Assembly: GCF_963921235.1 (NCBI RefSeq)
Contig: NC_086097.1
Location: forward strand, 221,404,001 to 221,468,000
From: Mobula hypostoma
Taxonomy: Eukaryota
Direction: 5' to 3'
Length of the DNA stretch: 64,000 bases
Shown one piece after another: positions 29,169-42,509 of this stretch. Made by a program: the position numbers and the translations under genes. Under the pieces are notes generated by a model, which did no database searches, was not told the DNA's origin, and saw nothing but the letters and a program-made list of their open reading frames with translations. Position 1 is the stretch's first letter. Each line of letters starts with the position of its first letter.

Positions 29169-29580
29169 ACTCGTTTACGGGAACACAAACTGGCGGTACA
29201 GAGACACGATCCACTGTCGCTGATCTCAGTACATGAAGACCGAGAAGGACATTACTTTAACTCGTACACTGTGGAGGTTCTGGCACAGGTGAACACTAAG
29301 CAGGCATGAGAATTTTTAGAAGCATGGTTCTCTTCTGATAACTTTGTAAACAAACATATCAAAATGGACGCCTAAGAGCCGAAGAAATGTAAGCCAATAG
29401 AATTCAAAGATCAACTGAAGGGGTAACCAATCAAGACCAAGGCAAGCGAACAGGGGCCTATATAAACGTGAGCACTCCCAGTGAGAAACACCAACAACTG
29501 TGCACTGTGGACATCACCTCGAATGGTGATGAAACATCTGCAAGCTAATTGCCAAGGTCGGCAAACACTGCAACATCAAA
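29169..29580 (+). mobile_element. Second Penelope-like family: GIY-YIG C-terminal half plus terminal repeat with decayed hammerhead
   Basis: RLREHKLAVQRHDPLSLISVHEDREGHYFN…VLAQVNTKQA*EFLEAWFS..N.VNKHI. Motif at 29501-29542: tgca-CTGTGGA-c-atcacc-tcgaat-ggtgat-GAAACATC-tgca. Confidence 0.75.
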
Positions 29581-29709
29581 CTTTCTGCATATCTCAGACA
29601 TTCAGAAGTATTCAGTGCACTTGACAGTTGGCCAAGCTTCTTAGGAGAAATTCCTTCTTTCCTTATTCTCTCACAGATATCCACAAACCTCCCTTTAATT
29701 TTAGCTACA

Positions 29710-29890
29710 TTAAGAGGCAATTCAAAGCAGCCAGTTAAATTTCATGTGGGATGTTGGATGAAACTGGAACTCCACGTTGAAACCCATATGATCAGTATGC
29801 AAGTGTTTAAATTCAAAGGCCCAGAGCAGGGTCAGGGTTAAACCAAGGGCCCAGGAACTGTAAGGCAGTAGCACTAACTGCTATGCCACC
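29710..29890 (-). mobile_element. Decayed tRNA-derived SINE
   Basis: Ends with gaactgtaaggcagtagcactaactgctatgccacc (reversed tRNA-like head). Confidence 0.55.
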
Positions 29891-31739
29891 TTTTCTGGCA
29901 CAGGCTTAGCATCCCAACAGTTGAAAGAAGAAGGAATTGGCTGAAGTAAATTCATATAATTCCTTTTTTTGGGAATATTTTTGTCACTTGAATAACTTCA
30001 AATGAGAAAATACTTTTCGTAGGCAAATGCTATTAGATGTCAATAAGGTGGTAAATATTATAAATCATACTGTACATGCTTTTAGAAAGTATACTATCAT
30101 TTTCCTTCAACAAAAACAGAAAATGATTTGTTCAGCTTAAAAGTCACTTACAATAAAAACAGTCACACTGGAAAGAAATGTTTCGGAGTCTGCCAATTTT
30201 TATTCACACTTTACATTCCCCTAGTTCTTTCAGAATGGCTGGTTGGATCTTCTCCAACTTAAAGGAAGCTATCAGTACCTCCTTTGTTCTTCCTGTGTCT
30301 GTCATCAAGCAATTAACATCCACCATTTCAGCCTTCCTGTCAGGAGAAGGTTATCGCCAACTGCAATCTATCAATCTGCATCATGTTTATGAAACACTTT
30401 GAAAACTTTTTTTGTACCAGCAATTTTTAATACTTACAAATACTATTCTAAACTTTCCATTTAATTCTTCAGTAAAGTAAATTTTGGCAACACAGAATAC
30501 AGTTTCTTTAATGTCTCATTTAGTTTGAAACTTCAGATGTCTTCAGAAATGGCAGAACAGCACTGCAGTTACCTTGAGCACTTCTAGCCATCATCACAAC
30601 ATTCTTCTACGCAAAAGAGCTAATACCATGTGAAAAACCTGCGTCTATGGTTCGCAGGTTCTCAATGCTGGCACTCAATTGGCAGGACCTGTCATCCCCG
30701 TCTGTTCTGTGGTTCATGACCCTTGCATTTTCTCTGCTTTCCCACTGCAATTACTCAATGCTGAAAAGGGGGTGCAGATTACCTCCAGGTCAGCACAGGA
30801 TATAAAGAACAAAAGAAGTTCTTGAAACCTACTTCATTCCATTCTACAATTTTTGGATGAATAGCAAAGGAATTAAAACAGGCTGTACAGCATTCTAAAC
30901 ATTTGATGTACAGCAGGTTAGTATGTGTATCCTTTATAACTGGGATCAAGTTATACCAAACTAAAACTATTTCTTAAATATTAAAGGTCATTTATACTAG
31001 AACCATTTAAATTTTAATTTTCACATTCTGTTATATGCCATTAATTATTGTTAGCACCTGTAAATTACACATGAAATTACAAGGAAAGCTGTGAGATTCC
31101 CACTGAAAAGTAAAGAGATAATCAGGTTGTTCTATTGCTTCACCTCTACAGTTAATTTATTAATTTCAGGTCACAGTCATTACTCCTATTTTTTTTGACA
31201 ACAGATCCTGGTAATTATTTTACTATTCTTATTTACTTCTCACACAGCTTCTTCATATCCCATACCTATCCCACTTTACATTGCATTATCTTCCTGTTTT
31301 TCCATCCATCTCTCTCTCTCTCACCTTTCATCCAATTACACAAATTCCCTTTGTTCTTCCCCTGCCCGACACTGTTTAGTATTAGTTCCCTTTTTTCCCC
31401 AGCTTCTGACAGAATATCACAGACTTGCAACATTATCTGCTTCTCTCTTTACAGATGCTACCCTCCCTGATGAGAATATCATACTTACAGTAATTGTCAT
31501 ACAATTTTTGTATGAAGTCTTTTGTTGGATAGTTACTTTTAACTGGTAATTTGCATTTACATTATGAAAAATTATGGTACTAATATTTACAATGCTTTTC
31601 ATTTTATGCATTTAGTGAATAAAGGTCATTTGGAGAAACTACAGTCTAGAAATCAGATCACTCATAAATGGCACTAAGTCATTCCTGCAGTTAACCATTG
31701 GTTATTCATGTTGCTTCAGGAAGGAGCAAAGTGCTCATT

Positions 31740-31990
31740 AGCTTTATTTGACACACACATCAAAACAGTGAAACGTGTCATTTGCGTCAACGACTAACAC
31801 AGTTCAGAGGATGTGCTGGGGCAGCCTGCAAGTATCATCATGATTCTGGTGCCCACAGTTTGCTAACGTGTACCTGTACATCTTTGGAATGTGTGGGGAA
31901 ACCCATGTGGGCAACGGGAGATCGTACAAACTCTATAGGCAGCCGATGGGAATCGAACCCGGATCTGTACGCTAACCGCCATGCTTCCCA
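31740..31990 (-). mobile_element. tRNA-derived V-SINE-like element
   Basis: tctttggaatgtg.ggggaaaccca..gtacaaactc..gggaatcgaacccgg..cgctaaccgc (B-box ggttcgattcc on the minus strand). Confidence 0.7.
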
Positions 31991-34300
31991 AAATATCTAG
32001 GTAGTGAGTATCCTTCCTTTATATTGCTAGTGCACATGAGGTTGCTTGGCTAAACACTGTAAACCTACTGCCTTATTCTTATGCTAATTAACATCAATGC
32101 TTGAGGTGTAAATTATACTATCCTCAGAAAAGTTCTGTTGTTAGTGTATGTGCAGTTATAATGGTTGTGGGCAGGACAGGGGAAACAGCTGGAAAGAGGC
32201 ATGCACCCACCTTCCAAAAATATGGAATAATCTCATCATCTAGCCCACATTAAAGGGACCCAAGAGGCCCCAGGTACAGACATGGATGAGGGGGTGATGG
32301 AGATAACCACCTATAGCATTTTGCCACACCCGGGACCATCCAAAGAAAACATTTCATGACCATAAGGGTTATTTTGAAGACATGTAAAGGCAGCCTTAAA
32401 ATCTACAAGTTGAAGAACATAACAAGAATCCCAACTTGCTCATCCAGACACCCATCCCAACATGGCAAATATCTCCAGTGTTTTCCTTGCACTACACTTT
32501 GCCCTAGCCCTCTTCAACAGCTCACAAAGGTTAAAGTGCACATCATTCACACAGTCTACAACTATCATGGTATACAACACACTAACCTCAACAATCCCCT
32601 TGCTTTATGGGATTAGGCTGCCTACAACAGGCGCCCGACCTATTAGACTGGAAGAGAATATTTCCAAGCACCTTCCAGGGTGGGCAACAGGATGTCAACA
32701 CATACAGAAAGTATGAAGAAGCTTTAATCTACCTCCTCTCTTAAAGCAATAAATATCCTAGTTACATGCATCTACCTGCAGATGTGCTTGAGATAGCATC
32801 ATATACTCACCATTACCAAGTTCTTTCTATCTCTTGAATTGTACGATATCGTAGACACCTTCTGCACTCTGTCCTGATCAATGTGGGAGAAAGAGGAAGC
32901 TACCGTGTCCCTGCACCAGGCCAAATACAAGTGGAAGCTCTGGGATGATGTGGAGTGAACAGGGTAGATTGGAGACTTATACTGCCAAGAACCAAAGGAG
33001 GTGCAACGGAGGACTTGGTTGAGTATATAAGAGGGGCGTCTGCATAGGAATGTAGGCTGTTACAATGCAGCTTCATTGACAGAAAGCAAGAGTGACAAAG
33101 AGCATGGAGGAGATGGTCTTCAGCCATCTGAAAGACTCAATACCATCTTCATAGATAAACCAGAAAAAACACAGCCCTTCACTGACCTGATTTCAGATAT
33201 AAGAGTGAATTAGCTCCAACACGGGTAGGACACATTGCTTATGTGTTTGATATTAAATATTCTATTCTATGTTCAGTCCAGGGAAGAGTTCAGAGACCGT
33301 ACAAGTCCTCCTTATGCGGTTTAACTGATGGTAGGGATTCATTCCTGTGAACTGTTCGTAACCTGGACAGCTTGCAAGTCCAAATTATGGCTGAAAATCA
33401 ACTTCTTAGGTGTCAGAAGATACTTACTGCCCGGTAGCGGCTGATAAATTCATCTTTCCTGTCTCCCAAATGTTGCTTGAATGTATGGGTTTTGTATAAA
33501 CTGACACTCAAAGTTTGGGGAAGGCCTGTATTCCTGTATCAGATGTGGCAACTCCAATCAGAACATCTCTCTCCAAAGACCTATATCTAACTCATTTAAT
33601 TAAACTGAATGATTATTTTCCTATATTTGCAAATGACTGATAAGAGGACATTCAACCTATGTTGACTCCCAAAAGAATTCCGTCAGAACCATTTCCAACA
33701 GAAAGCTGGAGCCGAGGATTATTGAAGGAATGGATACGAGCTTCAGCAGCAAGGCAGCCCTTACAAGGAAGAACCCGCCTTGCTGATGGAAACAACATGT
33801 CGTAACAAGCTTAACTCATCAAAGTGATTCTGTCCCAGACAAGAGTGAGTGTGGCAGGAATCAAAGATGACATCTCTGGTTTTCCCAATATTTCACTGGA
33901 GGAAATACCTGTTGAGTAAAGATTGGGAACTGGTAATTGGTATTTCAAGTGTGAAGCAATGTGTGATCGACAGGGAGTCAGCACTGCATGTAATCACCAT
34001 AGAAGTACAATTTGACATGCAGGTACTTACTAGTTTTACCTTGAATGGAGAAAATTTGGACTTCTATTAATGGAATGGTGGTTATCATTTCAGCATTCCC
34101 GTGCAAATGCAAGGTCTTGAATTTATCGGCCAATTTTCCCATGGGGTTCTGGTGCCGGAGCAGAAAGATGTGGAGATCTCTGAATATTTGAACTGGGGAA
34201 ATCGTTCTTGTTTGCTGCACTAGGATAGGCCCGGTGCAGGATCTGCAAACACATTCATCTGCAGAAGATCACGAGGCTATGAGAAATAGATAGTATACTA

Positions 34301-34693
34301 TACGTAGTGGGCACTGGGGTGGAGATACGCCTTTGCCAAAGGAGGTGTAAGGTGTACTTTCCCTCTACTAGCCTGCCGGTCACTACTGGGCAGGGTGTAC
34401 GTCCTGCTTAGCACCCCTCACCCCCACCCCCCGGGGTCAGGGTTACGTGAAGCCATGGGAGCTGGTGGTGGATGGTCGTATATGTAGCTGGTGCATATCA
34501 AAAGTCCTGTTTGTGTGGCCACTGACGCCAGGCAGACAATCTTTGATTGATAATGGCTGGGGTCACCTGTCTTGTAAAGACACTGCCCAGAAAAAGGCAA
34601 TGGCAAGCCACTTCTGTCGAAAAATTTGCCAAGAGCAATCATGGCTTTGAGACCATAACCACCTGCATCATTGACACAGCACATAATTATGGT
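34301..34693 (+). mobile_element. Non-autonomous RTE-related short element
   Basis: 3' part aaggcaatggcaagccacttc…ttgccaag resembles RTE/BovB-type tails. Flanks gatagtatacta / gatagctatacta look like a TSD. Confidence 0.6.
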
Positions 34694-35037
34694 GATAGCT
34701 ATACTAGTTAATATTATTTGTGCATATTTTAATTGCTTTAGTTATTTAAAATGTTTTAGTTAAATTTATTTTTCATCATCTCAGAATTAATTTTATTTAA
34801 TTGTTAACATTTAAAATGTTTTTTTAACATGAAAACATTGAGACATCTTGAAAAACTAACATCTTTGACAGACAGTATCTGAGATTGGAGGTGTCTGCGT
34901 CTGTGTTCAACCTATGATTACATTATTTGAGACTCCGTCTCACCATTCATCTCCATAATCATCTGGTTACCAAAAAGATAAGTTTGGAGAAATGGGGGCA
35001 ATAAGTGCTATCCAAGAAAATCAAGGCTGTTATGATT

Positions 35038-35097
35038 ATATCACTGTATAATATCACTGTATATTTCACTGTATAATTTCGCTGCATATATTACTGT
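35038..35097 (+). repeat. Short tandem repeat, about 5 copies of a 12-13 bp unit (atatcactgtata)
   Basis: atatcactgtata atatcactgtat atttcactgtata atttcgctgcat atattactgt. Confidence 0.8.
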
Positions 35098-36576
35098 GGG
35101 GAATATAACGTACTAAACATAAATCATCAACCACGGAAAACTGTATAGATAAAAAAAATAACATGGAACAATTGGAAGGAAGTATTAAAAGAGATCGAGA
35201 GGGTAATCTAACACAGGAGTTTGGTTGATGTCATATAACAAAAACAGTACTTTCTATGGGTAATCTGATCTCAAAGATAAATTTATAATCTTAAAATTGC
35301 TCTGGGATATCTATTATATGAACACTGTAAAACTCAGGGGATGGTGTTTTTCAGATTTATGACTCATTTTAGAAATAACTCCTATGCTGAATGCACTGCA
35401 CAATGTGGAATGGAGTGAATGAATACAATGAGTCTTTTACAATGAAACATTAATAGTGTTAACAATCACTCTATAATACATTATTCAGTGATTCAGAAAA
35501 TATTAAAGTCAAATATAGTAGAGGAATAAATTTAAAATATCAGAGTAGATAAGACTTGTTGGAAATAATTGAATAGTTCGTCACATGACTTTATAGCATT
35601 TGGTTGGTGAATGCTGAAGGCAATTGCCCCTTAATTAAACCGTTTTCAAAAAATAGTAGAAATAAGTACAGTGATTTTAAATCATTTTATCAAATGTGCC
35701 AGTTCTCAATAAGTCTATAATTGGCTTCATCAACGATGAAAGAAATCAAAATTTGGTGCAGATGTTCAACAAAGCTATTTTGCAAGCTAGTATTTTAATT
35801 TCATTTTGCTTCATCTGTGAAAGAGGGGAGATTTTGCTAGGTTTTTTGGAAGAAAACATCAGGAACAATTTAAAAATAAATTGAAGTTAATTAACTCTGA
35901 TAAGCAAAACTAGAAATGATTGAAATCTTTCAGATTCTTCCTTCCCCTGAAGAAAACAGATGCAGGTTTGTACACAAAAGGAAAGCCTTTTTTAAAAAAA
36001 CTTGATTACTTTCTGTTGAGTCTGGCTGGCTAACATTTTTGAGATTGAAGATTTTGAAAAAAACAGTGATTTTGAAATTTTTACTGGAATAAGATTGTTA
36101 AACTAAACATATATTTCATGTTGTATTGCCAAGCAAGAGCAATACAGCAGTACTTATGATGAGCAAAATCTCTTTTTATCTTTAATATCAGTCTTTCCAT
36201 CAAGCACTTAGTGGGTAAACACCAGTTAGGATTTTCAAAGCTATTCATCAAAGTCTAACACAAAACAAAAATATGCCTCGAACCAATTTTTAAGGCAATA
36301 ATTAATCCAGATTGTATAGGCAGTCGCATAAAGGACTCACAATGCGATCCAAACAGACAGGACTGACACAGAATACCTAGAACCTAACAGATAGTAAATC
36401 CTGGTGCAGGCAGCATGGCAACAGAATTATTAAATATATGGAACACGAGGATTGACAACTGGAGTAAAATTCATATCCCATGAGCTTGGGATGTAGAACA
36501 TGCTCCTCCAATGGGATGTAACTAAGGGGCGTAACTGTGGGATAGGTACCATGCTATCAATTGTTTACAAGTAATA

Positions 36577-38990
36577 ATGGAGTTTGTAGAATGCCTACGG
36601 GATGGTTTTTTGGAGCAGCTTGTCCATAAGCCCACCAGGGGACCAGCTGTTTTGGATTGGGTGCTGTGTAATGAACCTGAGGCAATTAGGGAGCTGGAGG
36701 TAATGGAACCCCTTGGAAGTAGTGATCGTAATATGATTGAGTTCAGTTTCAAATTTGAAAAGGAGAAGCTGGTATCAGGTGTATTGATATTTCAGTGGAA
36801 CAAAGGAAATTACAATGGTATGAGAGAGGAACTAGCCCAAGTCGACTGAAAAAGTAAGCTAGATGGAGGGTTGGTAGAGCAGAATTGGATGAAATTCCCT
36901 CAAGAAATAAGGAAAGTGCAGGAAAAATATATTTCAAGAGAAAAGAAAATCATGAATGGAAAAATGGCATAACTGTGGCTAATGAGAGAGGTTAAGGCTA
37001 AAATAAAAGCAAAAGGGACGACATACAAAGAAGCAAAAATTAGCGGGAAAACTGAGGACTGGACGACTTTTAAAAACTTACAGAAGGAAACTAAGAAAGT
37101 CATTAGGAAAGAAAAGATGAATTATGAAAGGAAGTTGGCAATTAACATAAAAAAGGATACTAAGAGTTTTTTTAAATATATGAAGAGTAAAAGAGTGACA
37201 CGGGTAGATATCGAAAATAATGCTGGAGAAATTATAATGAGTAACAAAGAGATGGCAGAGGTTCTAAATGAGTATTTTGCATCATTCTTCACAGTGGAAG
37301 ACATGAGCAACATACCTGATAGCCAGAGGTCTCAGGGAATAGAACTAGGTACAGTCAAGATTACTAGAGAGAAAGTGCTTGGGAAGCTAAATGGACTAAG
37401 AATAGATAAGTCTCCCGGACCGGATGAGGTGCACCTACAGATTCTGGAGGAGGTGGCTTTGGAGATTGTGGAAGCATTGGAAATGATCTTCCAGGAATCA
37501 ATAAACTCTGGCATGGTTCTGGAGGACTGGAAGGTCGCAAATATAGTTCCGCTGTTTAAGAAAAGAGGGAGGCAGCAAAAAGAATATTACAGACCTATTA
37601 GTCTGACATCGGTAGTTGGAAAGTTATTGGAGTTGATCCTCAAGGACAAGGTTATGAAATACCTCAAGGTGCATGACAAGATAGGCCCAAGCCAGCATGG
37701 TTTCATTAAAGGAAGATCCTGCCTCACCAACCTATTGGAATTTTTTGAGGTAATCTCAAATAAGATTGATAAGGGAGAGGCTGTGGATGTTGTGTATTTG
37801 GATTTTCAAAAGTTCTTCGATAAGGTGCCGCATAAGAGGCTGCTTAATAAGATGAGAGCCCATGGAATTACAGGAAAGATATTGGAATGGGTGGAGCATT
37901 GGCTGATAGGCAGAAAGCAAAGGGTGGTAATAAAGGGATCCTATTCTGATTGGTTGCCGGTTACTAGTGGTGTTCCGCAGGTGTCGGTGTTGGGGCCGCT
38001 TCTTTTTACAATGTATATCGATGATTTAGATTATGGATTAAATGGTTTTGTGGCTAAATTTGTGGATGACACCAAGATAGGTGGAGGAGCAGGAAATGTT
38101 GAAGAAACAGAAAGGTTGCAGAGAGACTTGGTCAGTTTAGGAGAGTGGACAAAGAAATGGCAGATGAGATACAATGTTGAGAAATGTACGGTTGTACATT
38201 TTGGAAGAAGAAATAATCGGGCAGATTATTATTTAGATGGGGAGAAAATTCAAAAATCGGAAGTGCAAAGGGACTTGGGGGTCCTCGTGCAGGATACCCT
38301 AAAGGTTAACCACCAGGTTGGATCGGCAGTAAGGAAAGTGAATGCTATTTTGGCATTCATTTCAAGAGGAATAGTGTATAAGAGTAAGGAGGTGTTGAAG
38401 AGGCTCTATGGGGCACTGGTGAGACCTCATTTGGAATACTGTGTGCAGTTTTGGGCCTCCTATCTTAGAAGGAATGTTCTGATGTTGGAGAGTGTTCAGA
38501 GAAGATTTACGAGGATGATTCCTGGAAAGCAGGGGCTAACATATGAGGAGCGTTTGTTGGCTCTTGGACTGTATTCATTAGAGTATAGAAGAATGAGAGG
38601 GAATCTCATAGAAGCATTTCGAATGTTGAAAGGGTTGGACAGAGTAGATGTGGAAAGGCTGTTTCCCTTGGTGGGTGAGTCCAAGACGAGAGGCCACAGT
38701 CTTAGAATTAGAGGGTACCCATTTAAAACGGAGATGAGGAGAAATTTTTTCAGCCAGAGGGTCGTGGATTTATGGAATTCGTTGCCACATACAGCTGTGG
38801 AGGCCCGATCATTGAGGGTGTTTAAGGAGGAGATTGATAGGTATCTAATTAGTCAGGGTATCAAGGGATATGGGGAAAAAGCCAGAAACTGGAACTAGAT
38901 GGGAGAATAGTTTAGCTCATGGTGGCGTGGCGGAGCAGACTGGATGGGGTGAATGGCCTACTTGTGCTCCTTTGTCATGTGATCGTGTGA
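36577..38990 (+). mobile_element. Young 5'-truncated CR1 LINE with a 638-aa open RT reading frame (36982-38898)
   Basis: YRPISLTSVVGKLLE, QHGFIKGRSCLTNL, VYLDFQK.FDKVPH, GVPQVSVLGP, KFVDDTK. The upstream EN part is in the same frame with two stops. CR1 3' UTR present. Confidence 0.95.
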
Positions 38991-39419
38991 ATAAAGTTTA
39001 TTATTTATCATTTAATAAAGTGGATTCTTTATCAGTATTTTAAGAAAGATTCAATATTTTTAGTAGGAAGTCACAACATTAATATATTAACTTCTGTTAG
39101 ATACACTTCAACGGATTTTATTTCCATGTTTTACAGCATGTTCATAACTAATAAGATAGGTCACTTTCAGCCACAAAACAAGTAACTATAAAGTATGGCA
39201 TTTGAAATAATATGAAAACCACCACTTAGTTTCATGTTGATGAATCCACATACATTAAATTAATATCTGAATCGCAGTGTCCAGGAAATTCCGAGTTAGA
39301 ATCCAGACATACGAGAAGTAGGAGATGTGGAGAAGGTAAAGCTGGTCTTATGTGTTTACTTGTGACCAGATACAAATTGGCTATAACAGGCGCTGAGAAC
39401 CAAGTGAACAGTCTTCCCT

Positions 39420-39680
39420 CTTCAACAATAACTACAACACCATACAGTACATTTATATGGCACTTTCATCCTGTTAAAATCTCCCATCTGCTCCAGTGGA
39501 GTTTACCAAACAGATCTCACACTGAGTCACACCACGCAGTCTTAGTGCAAGTAATTGAAAGCTCAGTTAAAGAGATTGAGGTTAAGGAACAGGAGGAAAT
39601 AAAATTGCAGAGATAGCAGTGCTTAGGGAGGGAAATCCTGTGCCTGTGGCCTTGGAAATGAAAGGGATGGCTTCTGATGG
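39420..39680 (-). mobile_element. Decayed L2-type LINE 3' end
   Basis: catttatatggcacttt and ttagggagggaaatcc.g.gcctg.ggcct resemble reversed L2 3' ends. Confidence 0.45.
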
Positions 39681-39698
39681 CTGAAGGATGAAAATCAC

Positions 39699-40324
39699 GG
39701 AATTAAGAATTAAGAGTGGGGAGGTCATGCTGCAACTATACAGGGTACTGGTGAGGCTGCACCTGGAGTACTGTGGGCAGTTCTGGTCTCCATACTTGAG
39801 GAAGGATATACTGGCTTTGGAGGCGATGCAGAGGAGGTTCGCCAGGTTGATTCCAGAGATGAAGGGGTTAGACTATGAGGAGAGATTGAGTCCCCTGGGA
39901 CCTTACTCTCTGGAATTCAGAAGAATGAGAGAAGATCTTATAGAAACATAAAATTATGAAAGGGATAGGTATGATAGAGGCAGGAAAGTTGTTTCCACTG
40001 ATAGGTGAGACTAGAACTGGGGGACATAGCCTGAAGATTCAGGGGGGTAGGTTCAGGACGGAAATGAGAAGGAACTGCTTTTCCCAGACAGTGGTGAATC
40101 TGTGGAATTCTCTGCCCAGTGAAGCAGTGGAGGCTCCCTTAGTAAAGATATTTAAGACAAGGTTGGATAGATTTTTGTATAGTAGAGGAATTGAGGGTTT
40201 ATGGGGAAAAGGTAGGTAGGCAGAGATTTCATGGCCAGATCAGCCATGATCTTATTGAATGGCGGAGCAGGTTCAGGGGGCCGGATGGCCTACTCCTGCT
40301 CCTATTTCTTTTGTTCTTATGTTC
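39699..40324 (+). mobile_element. CR1 3' end
   Basis: ORFs LVRLHLEYCGQFWSPYLRKD and FRTEMRRNCFSQTVVNLWNSLP, with a (ttcttatg)n tail. Confidence 0.9.
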
Positions 40325-41002
40325 GAATTGATGGAGGTTCAGAAGATAGAAAGGGGAAGGCTTGAAACCAAGTTGAGAAGCGTAAATTCAATACATTACT
40401 TAATAAGAACATATGAGCAGGAGTAGGGTACTCAACCCTTCAAGCTTGCCCTGCAATTCAATATGATCTTGGTTGATCTACTGTACTCTAGGCCTCATCT
40501 CTTCTGGGTTTGTTCCCTAAAGCCCTCAATTCTTTGTTCTTTTAAAATCCACTTCCTCTTTTAATAGCCCCAGTGATCCAGTCTGCACAAACTTCCCCTG
40601 CAGGGGACGGGATTCAAGGGATTCATTACCGTCTGTGAGAAGAAATTCCTAAGCATGTCAGTTGTAGATGAAATGCTCCCAAATAATGTAATAACATCTC
40701 CTTATTTGAGATACTTGAACTACAGGAAACATCTCAATATCTTGCCCCTCAGGATTTATACTTTTCAAATAAAATCTCTGTTCATTCTTCTGAACTATCA
40801 ACAAGCAGAGAGTGCACTCACGTACAGACAGTTAGTTTTGGAAGACCTTGAGTTTACTTAGGCTGCAACAAGGAGGGTTGTTCGACAGTGCATTAGAATA
40901 ACTGTCTAGTGGCAACAAAAGGAAGCAATCAGCTGAGGGATATTATGGGTGGGAAATAAGTTATCTTTATTATGGAACTGATCGGTGCTCGGAAAAGCAT
41001 CG

Positions 41003-41780
41003 GAATCAGATTTATTGTCACTGGCATTCAGTATGCTGTGAAATTTGTTGACTTTACGGCAGAAGTACAATGAAATACATGATAAATAGAGAAAAAAACT
41101 GAACTATGTCAAGTATATATCTGTCTATTAAATAGTTAAGTTAAAACCAGTAGTGCAAAAAAAGTAAAAAAGTAGTGAGGTGGTGTTCATGGGTTCAATG
41201 TCCATTTAGGAATCGGATGGCAGAGGGGAAGAAGCTGTTCCTGAATCACTGAGTGTGTGCCTCCAGGCTTCTGTACCTTTCCAACAGTAACAACGAGAAG
41301 TGGGCATGTCCTGGGTGGTGGGGGTCATTAATGATGGATACTGCCTTCCTAAGTTACCGCTCCTTGAAGATGTCTTGGATACTACAGGAGACAGTACCCA
41401 TGATGGAGCTGATTAATCTTACAGGTTTCTGCAACTTACTCTGATCTTGTTCAGTAGCGTTTTTGTGTGATTTAGATGAGAAACCAAATCTCCTCAAGCT
41501 CTAATGAAATATAGGTGTTGTCTTAGCAACACACACAAAATGCTGGAGGAATTCAGCAGGCCAGGCAGCATTTATGGAAAAAAGTACAGCTGAAGTTTTG
41601 GGGGTTTTGGGGTTTGCTCGGATATCCAGCATATGCAGATTTTCTCTTGTTTGATAGCTGTTGTCTTGTCTCCTTTATAACTGCATCAATATGTTGCGTC
41701 CAGGTTAGGGCCTCAACGATATTGACACCCAGGAACTTGAAATTGCTCACTCTCTCCATTTCTGATCCCTCTAAGGATTG
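41003..41780 (-). mobile_element. Rex1/Babar 3' part with a Penelope terminal-repeat insertion (41525-41653)
   Basis: ERVSNFKFLGVNI…TWTQHIDA. The insertion is flanked by ataggtgttgtctt / atagctgttgtctt. Confidence 0.8.
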
Positions 41781-42509
41781 GTCCGTGTTCCCTCGTCTTA
41801 CAAATATGATGCCAAGGTCACAAACAATCTGGTCCAGTTGCAGACAGTTGACAGGAAGTCTAGTGAAGTCAGTGCTTGGGAAATCAGGACTGTGCTTGTT
41901 TGACTGCCTTTGGCCTTTCAAATTGTAAGTTATCTCTCATCCAGAATTAGATGGTGGAACCCGATTTGTTCTGGTGATGCCTCAGTGGAACTGAAAGCGG
42001 GTGTAAAATAAAGAGGGACAATGAAAGCACTTGATGGAATACTAGTAATAATGTGAAGAGAAGCCAATATACTTGATTCTCAAGCTGCAATACAATATGA
42101 CCAACACATTATAGAAGCACAGTCCTACAGCATGGAAAGAAGCTCTTCCAGCTACTTAATTTGCATTAACCATTCGCATTAATCCCAAATTATTCACAGT
42201 ATCATCAAAAAGTAATCTTAAACTCTGTAATTGTATCACCATCTATTACCTCCACTGGTAGATCATTCCAGATATTCACCGCCATTTGAAATCATACCCC
42301 TAAAATCCACCCCCCCCTCCCGCTTTCTAATTTTAAATCTATCTGCTGTAGTTCAAGAATCCCCTACCCTGGGAGAAAGATTTTGATGATCCCTCATATC
42401 TACGGTATTTGTAATTTTATAAACCTCTGTGAAGTAACCCCTTCAGCCTTCTATATTCCAGTGAGTTTGGGTGATATGGTGACCTAGCATTTAGCATAAA
42501 GGTAATAAA

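Noticed and set aside
32100..33100. Possible Harbinger Myb/SANT gene relic
   Set aside because: Only a vague motif resemblance; cannot be supported by eye.
35038..35097. Repeat array as CRISPR-like
   Set aside because: Head-to-tail minisatellite without spacers, in eukaryotic DNA.
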